Positions 51,788 through 64,000 of a stretch of DNA of 64,000 nt are shown here, piece after piece. The notes below the pieces were generated by a model that had not been told where the DNA came from, ran no database searches, and was given only the letters and a program-made list of their open reading frames with translations. The stretch comes from Zygnema circumcarinatum SAG 698-1b. Lineage: Eukaryota > Plantae > Zygnematophyceae. The position numbers and the translations under genes are program-made. The stretch covers positions 734,689-798,688 of the forward strand of contig CM074809.1 in assembly GCA_037447605.1 (NCBI GenBank), given 5' to 3'. How positions within the stretch are numbered: position 1 is the first letter of the stretch; each line of letters opens with the position of its first letter.

Positions 51788-54080
51788 TCAATGGTATATG
51801 CTCTTCAAAGGCTGAGCTCGCAAGGAGTTGAGGTCCAAATTTGAATCTAATTCCTCATCCAACTCACCCACTACAGCTCTGCAGGAAAGAGCGGGAAAAA
51901 AAAGAGGAATGTAAACACTACCTTAGGCTCACTATTTCCCTGTAAGGCTGCAACAAACTAAGACTAAAACAGGCTCCAGGGGAAAGTCGTAAGGAAAAAG
52001 GAGGGAAGAAGAGAGAAAGCAGAAAGGGAATGAAGAAAAACTGAAGAGTGGAAGACGAGAGAAGGGAAATCTGAGGGGGGCGGGGGGGAAATCCTCTCAC
52101 GAATGTCTGGCATCTGCTCACGAACTACGCAGACAGCATAATGGAAGGGAATTGTTTACTGAAATGATGCGAAGATTGCTTACATGTTATCCCCTCGAAT
52201 AATGTAAAGGCCCAGCAACAGCTGCTCCACACCTGCCTGCATCATGAGTCCCCCCGGACCATTTCCCACAACTCCACGTCAGAAAAACTGCCTGCCAAAC
52301 CTGGCATGTCTCAAATCACTTCACGATCATCTTCATCAAGACGGTTGTTCACGAAAGCTCTGTTAAGCTCTGGTAAGCTCTGTTAAGGCTGTAGGTTATT
52401 TGAAGGCCATCTAGACTCCTGCTACCACTTCTCCTCTCCTCTTTCACCAACTCGAGCGTCCTTCAAAGATCACAGCACCAATTGAATGCAACTACCTTTC
52501 ATGGAAAGGGCCTTAAAAGGATTTCCTAACTACAGTGAAATAAAGATCATGAAAAAGTAGCGACTCCATTTTCCACAAGACTGGTTGCCGAACCTCACCT
52601 TAGTGGAATAGACCCTTTCATGAGATTCATCAAGTATCAAATTTGTGGCTTGGTCAAAGCCCTTGAGAATTCCCTGCAATTGCACCATCCAGTCAAGAAT
52701 CACAACTTTAGCCACATTAGATTGACATGATCAAGTAAAAGGTAGACTGGGGACGTTCACTGCCCTCCACAATCTCCACAAACTAGGCAATTCCATCTCC
52801 TTTCACAACCTTACCTGCTGGAAAGGGACGACATTAAGCTAGCACATAACCTCAACGTATGTACTAAACAAACAAACAAACCAAGCAACCGAACTTTGTT
52901 CTGAATTGTCCTGTGCTTGCAAGATCATGAAAGAGCAAGGAAAGAAGAGATGCATCAAGTAGATCCAACACGGCTAATTTCCGGACGAGAAAACACGAAA
53001 TCAGCATTAAATTTGAACTTCCTGAATGACAACGAAGTGACTCACAGGGATTTAATGAACAAAAGGTCAACGTCATACACTGAATCATCACGATATTTAA
53101 AATGTCTCTTTCATAACGGGGCATGATTCTATCATCTCATTTGAACCAGCTTCATACGAGCTTGATCTGCTATTGATGCATGCAAGCAAACACTATAATA
53201 CTAACGCAGAGTTCCAACATGCAGCTTGCAAGCGTGTAGCTTTTGCCACTTCGTCCCAAAATTAAGATTCAGCTCAGGTAGGAGGTCACTTCAACAAAAC
53301 CCCGACATCAAAACTTGTACATCATGATAGCAAACGATTAACAGCTTAAAAAACACCATCTGCCTACTCCGCCCTCCCAAAGAACCATAAAGTCCCCAAA
53401 ATCACTCCATCACCCTAGCATATTTCAAAAAACACCATAGAGGCTTATACGTGCTTACATACTGTTAAGAGATAACGTCTGCGGCAATGTGAGGAAGATT
53501 TAAGACTTAAGGGCTCTGTTGGAAGGGCATGGTGAAGGGTGCAGTCACATTTCTACGACTCGCGGAGCCAGGTTTCTAAAAGGTAAGCGAAAGTAGACTG
53601 CATTAGGGTTAGACGAAGACGAACGCTGCATCTGATTTAACGCATCGTCAAGCCAAGATTGCAGAGGGAGAGAAGCAGCATTGCTTTCCAACTAACCACA
53701 ATGTTCCGGCCGTCGTTGGTAATCACTGAAATTTGCTCTGCATGGACAAAAGACAAGCGCAGACAGCAATTTAAGTACATTTTTTCCATTGGGAAGGGTG
53801 ATTCTGATTCTCTGAGCACCAATACAATGAGAGATAACAGAAGTTCGCCACAGAATTGAATTCATAGGACACTTCCCCGGCAAAACATTAAAGGAGCGGA
53901 AAGCAGCTACAGAAGAGAGGACAAAAAAGTAGCTTGCTGTAAAGTGGCATAAAGGAACAGTCTTAAATTCGACAAGACGTATCCGCATTTCTTCAGTTAT
54001 GCAGCATAGAGCGCATTCAAGTGATGTTGGAAGGACTTACGATCAACATAGGGCTCGAGGCCAGTATCCTTCCCCGACAT
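51788..54080 (-). CDS. LSM8: U6 snRNA-associated Sm-like protein LSm8, multi-exon
   Basis: MSGKDTGLEPYVD|QISVITNDGRNIV|GILKGFDQATNLILDESHERVYSTK|AGVEQLLLGLYIIRGDN|AVVGELDEELDSNLDLNSLRAQPLKSIYH*. Confidence 0.95.
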
Positions 54081-54591
54081 GGCTCAAAACCTCTGCCTTC
54101 TCGCAGTCTAAGAGATGGAGGTACAAATCCAGGTATCGACATCTATGTCATCGCAGTGTGATGCCTCCAGGAAAGAGCCATGTGCACCAAAAGCAGTAGA
54201 TTTGTTGGAGACACAAGACGGATGGAAATACTCCAGAAGGGATATAGAAGGGATTGCAACAAACCCTAATTACATAGCACAGTATTAGAGATTGGCAACT
54301 GCCAGGGAGTCCCTTCTGTGCTGCTTCTCCCACAGCACACTTCCTGAGTACACTGGCCAGTACCACTCATGTATGGGCCCGAGTGAAGTGGAGCCGTGAA
54401 GGGGACGCGCCAGGGCCGTTGGATGCTGCACGTGTCGGAGAACGGTTTTGAGCTGTTGGATCAAGCCCTGGTAGATGAACACGAGAGAGCCGTTGGATAA
54501 GTGCACAACTTCGGAAATGGTTTCCAACCGTTGGATTATGTACAGCCCTCCGAGCTTTTCTCTTTGGTGCTGTCCTTTGACGACAAATTAG

Positions 54592-54920
54592 TTCCTGGTG
54601 GTTCCCATGCTGATTTTGTCCATGGACATTTGATGGCATCATCGCCATCGTGATATCCATGCCGACATTTGATGGCATCATCGCCATCGTGAGATCCATG
54701 CCACATCCTTTGCATTTCCATGCAAACCAGACCAGTTCCTCGTGGTTCCCCGTAATGATTTTGGCCATGTACATTTGATGGCGTCATCGCCATTGTGGGA
54801 TCCATGCCACATCCTTTGCATTTCATGCAAACCAGACCACTTCCTCGTGGTTCCCCATGATGATTTTGGCCATGTAAATTTTATGGCATCATCGCCATCG
54901 TGAGATCAATGCCACATCCC
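54592..54920. repeat. ~105-bp tandem repeat, about 3 copies, with an internal ~39-bp duplication
   Basis: TTCCTCGTGGTTCCCC-like starts at 54592, 54737 and 54841; TGGCATCATCGCCATCGTG-like core occurs four times. Confidence 0.85.
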
Positions 54921-55937
54921 CTTTTCCTATCATGTACAGAGTCCACTAGCACGAGACTGTCGTTGGAGGATGCCGAGGCGGCAAACGCGATGGAGCCGTT
55001 AGATGGGATCATGTGTGCACCAGAAGTACCAGATTCAAACCACAAACTCGTTTCTTTTCTTAGCATGTTCCATCATCCACAAAGTGCAACGCGATGTCAT
55101 GAGCAAGTCCTGAGAAAATGGTCCTGAGAAAGACCTTTGGTTCCACTCAAATATATACATAATTAAAAGGATTCCGTCACTTCAAACGCGGGCATAGGGA
55201 TTGGTCTCCAGCATGTGAACTGTGCTAATAAATGACGTGCCTTAAATAGACTTGCAGTTTGCCCAACCCGACACAACTTGGACTGACTCAAAACGTAGGT
55301 ACTGTCTCCTGACAAATCGTCTACCCTCTCAAAGTGAGCCTGCAAGAAGATATTGCAGACGACATTCACTGATGCATGTTTGGATGAACGTTTTCTCGGT
55401 CGGTGCTTATTCTGCAAGCCCGAGAGGATAACAAGGTTTGAGAAAGATGATAAAATAGCCGATGCATTCGTTTATGTTCATTCATTTTAGAGCCTGACGC
55501 AAGAAATACCAGGAGTGGTCAAACACAAGATGGCGATCTGTCCAATTGACCGCCAGTGATTGAAAGGTGAGAATATCCTGGAAACGAAACCTTTACAATG
55601 GCCCCTAGTTCAGTTCTTGGTCACTGACCATTGAGTACAACTAATGTGAGCGTGTGGATGCATGTGTATGAGAGAGGAGAGAGAGTGGGGGTTGGGAGCA
55701 GGACAGGGGAGAGAGAGGGGGGTTGGGGGGGAGGGGGAGGGGGAGCGGGAAGCTAAGAACTCTTGTTAAGTATGGGCACTAAGATACTTGAATAACCAAG
55801 ACATTCTGGCAAGTAGGTACGATGGCGCTAGCATGACTCCACGTTTCCATCTAAGTTAAAATTGCACAAGAAAGTGATTGTCGCAAGATATCCTGGAGTC
55901 ACTACCTCAGGTATTCCGCTTGTAAGCAGCTACAGTT

Positions 55938-58900
55938 TCAGGGCAGCCGGTCATACCTGCTTGTTGTCTTTCCTTTCTTCCCGGCCTCCCTTCCATTTTC
56001 CTTATTGCTTTGTTGGGGCCTGGAGGGCACTGTGCGCGTAACTGTGGACACGCCGTCCACAAACTTGGTGCGGAAAATCACGTTGGCATTGTTGAACATG
56101 CCTTCCTTCAGGGAGACAACGATAAACTGCATGCAGCCGGACCGCCGATGATTAAGAGAGGAAGCATGAGTATGATGCGCATTGCGATAGCCCTACGAGC
56201 AAGTCTGACATACATGAGCCACTTTTTTAATTGTCATCAACCCCTGATATGTCCAGCGTTCACGCTTAAGTTCAACAAAACTGCAGGTTATTTGTGGTAA
56301 TGAGCAGCACCTGAGATTGTGGAAAATGCGACTTGATCATCCTCCCTATGTTCTGAGTATGGCTCAGATCGAGTGCGGCATCCACTTCGTCCAAAATGTA
56401 CAGAGGGGCCGGCTTGAAGAGCAGCAGTGCCAAGATAAGGGATAAAGCCAAAAGAGACCGCTGCCCGCCTGAAAGCTCGGATAAGGACTGCTTCCATACA
56501 CTGCCGAATGCGACTTTCACCTCCAAACCAGCCATGAAGTCCTCACCTTCTGGAGGATCAAGCTTTGCCATAGACCCTGGCAGAAGGGTTGAAAAAATGG
56601 AGCCAAAATCCCTGCAATGGCCACAAATGGGATATGAGATTTCTCATGATCAGCCAGAGCTGCAGGTCAGCACTTAACACATCTCAGCATCTGGAGTGTA
56701 CGTCATAGAAAGCACACGAGATATACAAATGGAAAAGAAGGCGCACTTTGTTACTTTCGTCCACGTCACTGAGAGAACCTCTCGTTTCTTTTCATCAAGC
56801 TCTTGAATCGCAGTTTGAATTTTCTGCTTGTCATTCTGCAGCCACCACACATAACAATGCAAATTCAATCTCCGCTTGTTCAGCAGGAATGCGAATCACC
56901 AACTTCACCTCCCTTTCCATGCAGAAAGCGAGAATATACATACTGACCTTAAGTCAAAATGGTCAAAGGTAGAGAAATACCTGTACGATATCTTTCTTTC
57001 GCAATAAATCGTCATACTCCCTTTCAGCCTTGTCAAACATGCTCGTCACTTTCTTGTTGATCCGTTTTTCAACACTGGAGACCCGCAATGGAAGACCAAA
57101 CCGGAAGCACTTAGAATATCAGTCTTCAGTGCATGAATTCCCAAACAATTTCTCTCTTAAGCTACTGAAATAACTTTGTACAAAGCTTGCGTAGAGGAGA
57201 CTCGATTTCGATGCACGTAGCTGTTCATAACGACATACCAAAAGAGCCCAGTTGGATGCTTAATGTCATTGATCTCACAGATTTTTTCCGCAGTCTATGA
57301 TCAGTCACTTCAGCTTTTATCCCCAAGACTTACTTGCTTTGTTCAGCCTCCTTCTCTTTCAACAGTTCCTTTGATTTCACTGGATCCTTAGACGAGAAGT
57401 CGTAGTCAGTTCCTTGTTGGCCAAACAGAGCTCTTTCACTCCTAATCCATTCACATTTCTTGAGAAGATCCTCCACATGTTTCGAAGCGAACTTCTCATC
57501 GCTTTCTATTTGTTTCATCTGCAGGAACAACTCGACATAAGCAGCTGTTTTTCGTAGTTTTACTTCACCCATTGCAGCCTACACTAGGATTGCATCACAT
57601 TTCAGCATGGCTACTCGAACGTGGCCCTGCACCACTTTCACGGGGAACATACGTATTAACGATGCAGAGTAGGGAACACTTCAGCAACCATTACTCCTGA
57701 TTATTGCAGTTTGCGACCTATTTTGTGCATAACACTTGACATTTCTTAGAAGCATGACTAGCGTTGTGTTGGTATGCATATCTTTCTTTTGCCTCTGTAT
57801 TTTCTGCATCAGGCTACAAGTCTCACCTTATGCACAAGCTTCTTTACTTCGACTGATGCGCTTGTCTGCACCTCCTTCAACCTGTTTTGCTCTTTTGCAA
57901 GTTTGGCTACCTCCACATCACATTCCTGTGAACGTTTTCTTGCCTCCTGCAATTCTGCCTCTGCCATCTTGTATTCTGCATTTCTTGCAGCTACCTGCAA
58001 AAGCGATTGAGTCACTCTGAGGACCTCTCCAACCTTTGTCGTAACTTAGCTGTCTGACCTGAATAAATGATCTGCCCATAACTAGGTAATCAGCAAAATA
58101 TTAGCACCTCATCCCTATCATCGCAGTCTTGTACATGTAAAAAATTGCGTATTGCAGATGTTATTCACAATAGCTCTCTATGCCAATGTACTCACCTCCT
58201 GTTCAAGCTCCTGGACTGTCTCTTTCATTTTAAAGAACTGGGCATCAGTCGCTGTTTTTTGCTCCAAAAGGTTTTCTCTCTCCTTCATGGAAGCCTCCTT
58301 ATCCATAACCAGCTGTTCCAAACAGTTCTCAGCTTCCTGTGAACCATTCCCCCAAAAGAATTCATCGTTGATACATGAAAACGAAGTCATTGGCATTCTT
58401 TTAATAGTTGCCTCCATGGTTTCCTGACTCCAGTCATGGATGTTACCTCATAGCCTTTACCCAGCAACTACAAAAACACTTGAGGAAAAATGCACTAAGC
58501 AGGCATCTACAAAATGTTCATATTGTTATAACGCACCTTCAGACTCTTTGTAGCCACCGTCAACTGTTGCTTGGCAGTTTTAATCTTTCTTTCAGCCGCT
58601 CCAAGGCGACTCTCTCGTTCTCTCCCATAATCTTGAATTTCTTGCTCAAAAGCCGCAACAGAGTTTATGCACTCCTTGTTTTGAGCCTCGGCCCTCTCTA
58701 TAGCCCTCTTTGCCACTTCTGCCTCTGCTTCCATGGCCGCCACTTCTTGGCTGAGCTGCAGCAAGGGAAAAATTAATTGTTTAGCGACCAAATCTATGTC
58801 AAGTAAGTTTGGCCAAATGGCATTCGTCGGCACAGAGGAGTCCTCAGATTCCACAAACTGATCCATGAAGGACTACAGTCCTGCCGAGCCGATCACAGCG

Positions 58901-61900
58901 TGTCAACTAGGCCGTGGCCCATATCACTGATATGCAAAAGGTCACACCCCTTCTGGCAGTCCGTAGAATAAGGCAGTTGTCACATCCCTGGAAACATGCG
59001 CTTTTCTTGTGCGTCCTTGGTGTAAAGACAGTTGTGTTGAAACGTGGACATGGACATGGTGCTTTACGTCATGAAAATGTTGGAGACGTCAACCATCTTC
59101 TTCACCTTAGGAGGTTGCCGAGCTCTATATCTACAACCACAATCTGTAGAAATGGACGACCCCATGGGGTTCTAAGTTTCAAAATATGAGAGTCAGAGGC
59201 TATCTTCCAATCAAACTAAAAGCTCACCTGATGATATTCACTTTTCTGAAAACGACCTTCCACAGCCTGAAGCCTATGGGTTTCAATCTCCAACTTCCCC
59301 TTCAACTGTTTTTGCAGCTTGTTCGCGTCTCCTAGCACCCCCAACTGCACACAGCGCTTTCGTATGAGTTAAGTAAGATTTTTTAAATACTGCTTTCCTC
59401 AGGGGGGCAAAGTTTCAAGAACTGGTTCTGGATTCCTGGCATGTTCAAGTCCAGGAATATCAAAAACCTCTCTGAAAGCCAGTTGAGAAACAGTCTTCTT
59501 TCAACTGTAGACGCCTACAACACATGTGGTCACATTGTGCAAGGTTCATCCGCTATCTAAGGTCCCTGCTGGGATCACTTGGGTCGCTGAACATGTATGG
59601 AGCCTGGCGCCTGCAGGCTTACGCATTTGCCACTATCCACACGAAGTCCTCTCTACTTGGTCTGGCCAATCTACATCCGAGGTACAGCGCAGGCATGCAA
59701 GAAGATGGAGTGTTCAACATAAGTTCTCGAAGTGTTGGAGCCAACCTCATGAATGGTCTGCTGGAGGATGGCTTCGTCTGCAGCCAGGTTCGCCTCAACT
59801 CCAGCTAAGGTATGGAGACGCGTCAGTATGGAGTTTCCCGTCCTGTATACAAGAAAATGGGGATACAACCATAAAAAAACATGTTATAAAACATTGTGTG
59901 AGCTCTTGAAAGCTGGTGATCTGGTTTGGGAGAGTAAAAGTTTTCAGTTTTTTGCAGGGCTCAGAATGTTTTCAGAATGTAAGAATACATGCATATTCGT
60001 TTCTGCGTGTGCCTTCAGGGGTCATGCTTCCATTCCGAAAAAGCTCTCAATAGTGCACTTTCTAGCAAGTGTGCATAAGGCAATTTTGCAAACAAGTATT
60101 TAATGACCCACAGCAATCACATTAAATTGCATAAAGTCGTGGGTCAAGTGGCTGAAATTGACTCCAACAGGATCCTGAAAGCAAGCCAATGCACAATCAT
60201 AGAGATCCTGTGGGCTTTCTTGTTATCTTCGTCACATATAATGGAGAATCCTCAGAAAATCATCTTCACTTCAATCGGTATAGAGGCAATACCAAATCAG
60301 CCAAACAGGAAAAAAAAAAAAATGTCCATGCAGGTGCACATTCCCGACCTTTGACTCCACTCTGATATCCAGGGCTGACCTTCTGGAACCTCCAGTGAGC
60401 AAGCCACTTGGCGAATACAAATCTCCTTCTAAAGTTACACACGGGGTCATGATGTCCGGATGAAATGCAACCTGTCGCCACTCGAAACATAACACACATT
60501 AGACAGTAGTATGCAAGCCTTTTCGAAATCAGCTTTGAAAACCATTAGTGTACGCATGCCAGACACTCAACATTTGCATGTCCCACTAGTTCTAGTCAGT
60601 TTTACATTTTCCACGGCCAAATTCAAAACTGTAGTCCAGGTGCTGCTGTTGTCTGCTATTGTTTCTGACAAAAGCAGCACGGAGAAAAATCTGATCCCCA
60701 GTTTGTGGCCTTGCAGGTTTACCTTCTGAGCAGTTGCACTATCCTTGCAGATGAAGTGATTGCCGAAGACATAGGCCATGGCAGGCTGCACAAGCATGAA
60801 CACCAAATGTCATATGCGGCGATTGTAAAACAAGCTCAATGAAACCAGAAAGGACATGCAACTGCAATGTCCAACATGGGCACAGGAACTCGAAAAATGC
60901 ATCTTGAACAGAAGGTTTGAAACGTATAGCTCTATCTGTTAGTTGAGCTACCTTCTTGTTTTGTCAAACAAAAGCAGCAGCTGGCAAGACAGAAATGATC
61001 CCAGAGGCCCTTTCAGATTCGCATGATTAAAACTGCATCTAAAATGTACCTTCTCACAATTGGAAGCACACAAGCTAACACTGAATTACATTAACGCCAC
61101 TTGGTTAAAAAGGAAGCCGTCAAGAGTTTCCATTGAACCCAGAACAAGGTATGCCCCTACTCCAGGCCGTATAATTGATCTTGAAACTTACTGCAACTGA
61201 AGCATCGTATTCCACCAATGATAGTGCTGATCGCACATTGTTTCCCCCAAACTGGCCCAGGCATGCTCGTCCACTCAGTGTCAGCCATGGCAATAACTAA
61301 CGTCATTCATACACGGGGTGAATACAATACTCTAGCACTTTTGGGGTCGCAACACTAGATTTGTACGAACATCATCATTTTTCTCCTGCTGTAATGAAGG
61401 AATAGACGACCGCGGCATAGAAAAGTGAACGAACCAATTGAGCAGCTTTCTCCTGCACACGTTGAGGAATCGTTCGCTGGTCGATCTTGTTCAGAGGAAT
61501 GAATGTGACACGTCTCTGTAGCTTCCCCTTGTTTAGAAGCAGCTTTCCTGTCTGCTCGGTGTCCACCACCACATTGAACATTTTCCCTCCCGCAACCACC
61601 TGAAGCCGAAAAGCATGCAACGGCACAAAAATGTTAACACGGGGGTCTATATCCTCGTGAGAGAATCACCTGTACTTGCTTATCATATGGAACTTTTTCC
61701 AGCAAGGTTGTGATTTAGAAGCAGCGTTATGTACAACTTGTGGTGATTGTTGGTGTTAATGCGCAATTCTGTTACATGGTTACAGACAAGGCGCATGTGG
61801 CATGTGGCTTTCAAGTGCTTACAAAAAGTACTACAAGGATGTAGGCGAGTAATAGCATTCATTACTTGTCAAACCATACTAGTTGCCCGGAAAAGTAAAG

Positions 61901-64000
61901 AGCTGTACCTCCAAAGCTGTTGCTGTAGATATGTCCTTAACCTTCAAAAGCTTAGCCACCATGCCTTTTACTCTTGATCGATCGAATCCATCAACAGGGT
62001 CCCGATATGTGAAACTGACATTGGAGACTGCCTCCAATTCACCAACTTGAGATCTGAGTGACCTCACCGCATCAGCTTTGGCGCGCTTCATCTGCAAATG
62101 CCAGACTCAAATGTTTTCAACAGGCAATACAGCATCAGCAGATGATGAAAAATCAACCAAATGTCAGAATAATCACATTCCAGAGTTAATCCTTGGATTG
62201 AAGAAACACTCAGAGGGCATCTGTGGTGGAAAAGATTCAAATCGTGTGGGATTGTTCATATGAAAGTAAATACGTTAGTTTACTGGTCACACTTCAGTCC
62301 TGCAATGTCCTGAGTATTAGTATGTCCTTCAGGAAAAGCGTGGGATTGAACAAAGCCATTCCAGGGTCTCAAGAGGTCATGCAGCAAAGCCTTGCAATGA
62401 CAAAGAACATCCCAGGAAGTGCAAGGGGTCATAACAGACCTGCTGGCTCTTGGGATTTTAACATTTTGCAGGAAAATGCATTGTTTAGCACCCCAAAAAC
62501 AAGTTTCTGACCGTACACGCCCTTGCTGGAGAACACTAAATAGCGCTCACCTAAGTCTAAAAAGTATTGGTAACGCATACCTCTTCCAAACGCAGAAAAT
62601 GACCTTCGTCAAAGTTAAGATTTTGAAGTGCATCTTGACAGGATACAATTTCAGATTGCCGTAAGTCAAGCTCCTTCTGCAAAGCAGCTGCCTCCTTCTG
62701 CCTCGATACCAATATCCTTCTCTTTCCCACGAGCTCATTTTCCAAATGGTCAACCTTCAGCTTGGCTTGCTTGGCCTCAGTTGCAGCCTCGACAGCAGCC
62801 GCCTTGGCATCACTCAGTTTCTCAGCTAAGGTTTTATCTTCGCCGGAAAGCCCACTTTTGCCCACTTGAACGCCCTGCCGACGATCGTGGAACCATGAAA
62901 TGAAATACGCAAAGTAAAGAAGTCAGAATGTGGAATTTCTCCTCTTCAGGCTCTCTCCATGCACTCCAGGTGTGAGGGAAAAGGCCTGTCACTCCTCAGG
63001 CATGGAAAGCAATGAACCATCAAGTTATCCCTCCTCGAATGACAACACATACAGACAGCGCTTTCCGAACAGCTATTAACAGTATTTTTGTCAATAAGGA
63101 GTGATGAGCGCGCATGAAAGTGGGCTTCTTCATCGATGCAACTGGCAGAGGGTTGCCAATAACCGAAACATGAATAAGATTGAGCATCATACCTGGTATT
63201 CCTGTTCTGCATCAGATAGGGCCTTAGTGGCCACGTCTACCTTCTCCTGTGCGGAAGAGACCTCTTTGCTAGCTTTTTCAATAGCCAGGTTCTTACTCTC
63301 CAATCCTAAGTTCAGGTCTTCAATAGACTTTTGCGCCTGCAAACAAGTTGTAACAATCGAACATAACTGGAAGCTCAGAATTAATTCAGTTTTCCCTCGA
63401 ACTCTGTTCAGTAACTTCAAATGCAGAATGGCAACCAGTCACATAAGCTCAGGCCTGGTGAAGCTTCTATTTCAGAGAACAATTGTATCTGTATCTTCTT
63501 GCTCACTCCATCACATAAATATGTGAGGATTGCTGTATGTTGGTGAGGTGAGATTGATCTATCGACAGCAAGTAGAAAATGAATCACTTAGTACGTGATG
63601 ATTGTTCAGTGTAATCTATCGATGAGTTGTTAAGCGTGTGGTTGCCATGCATAGTGAGACTCGAAGTTGAGAGTTGCAGCTCTTGCATGCTTTCTGGACT
63701 TCAGTGCTTCTAGAAAGGTACTCTCAATAGAGGAGCAGGATGACCAGCTTGCTTCTCAGCTTGAAGTCTTACTCTTTGATTTTTCCTGACGATTGAAGTG
63801 TACATGCTTGTCAAGACGCAGACCTCGACCAATTGAGTGAATGCGTTTAAACTTCAGTGGCCAATTGCAAAAAGGTGTCCTTGGCAGTCTACCACTCCAA
63901 CAATGCCACCTGTTGCGATCACCGGAAATTCTTAAAAACTGATAACGTACCTGCTCGGATGAAAGCTTTTCCCCGTCCAACAACTCGTTCTTGTTTGTCC
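55938..64000 (-). CDS. SMC2: Structural maintenance of chromosomes protein 2 (condensin); 5' part lies beyond the window end
   Basis: Hinge [13 protein letters not shown]...[22 protein letters not shown]; [19 protein letters not shown]; signature [43 protein letters not shown]; [28 protein letters not shown]. Confidence 0.97.

Noticed and set aside
54367-55066. ORFs with CKGCG motifs suggesting a zinc-finger gene
   Set aside because: They arise from the ~105-bp tandem repeat, and the frame shifts between copies.

Overview
Gene-dense, intron-rich eukaryotic DNA from a green-lineage organism, most likely a streptophyte alga (inferred from plant-type orthologs, AAACCCTA teloboxes, GT-AG introns and long CT/GA tracts). 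Twelve protein-coding loci were reconstructed by hand. In order: a TRANK1-type SF1/UvrD helicase (partial), DHHC palmitoyltransferase, secreted GH1 beta-glucosidase, DEK-C/SWIB protein, WDR70, NTPCR-type NTPase, organellar PheRS, an orphan membrane-anchored ORF, plastid ribosome recycling factor, a Nudix-like protein, LSM8 and SMC2 (partial). The intergenic DNA at 5.9-7.7 kb and 11.8-14.3 kb holds non-autonomous transposons whose TIRs and TSDs can be resolved to the base, including a three-level nest (TA-TSD MITE > 8-bp-TSD Mutator-like element > solo LTR). The three most interesting observations are: (1) the helicase starts directly with a RelE/ParE-like segment, suggesting a minimal nuclease-helicase fusion; (2) a fixed-spacing CCAAT-N9-CCACG element recurs at most promoters, three times as a ~53-bp convergent pair, once at the centre of a foldback transposon; (3) transposon-associated arrays of SBP/SPL-type CGTAC sites. 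All exon structures are manual predictions without transcript data.
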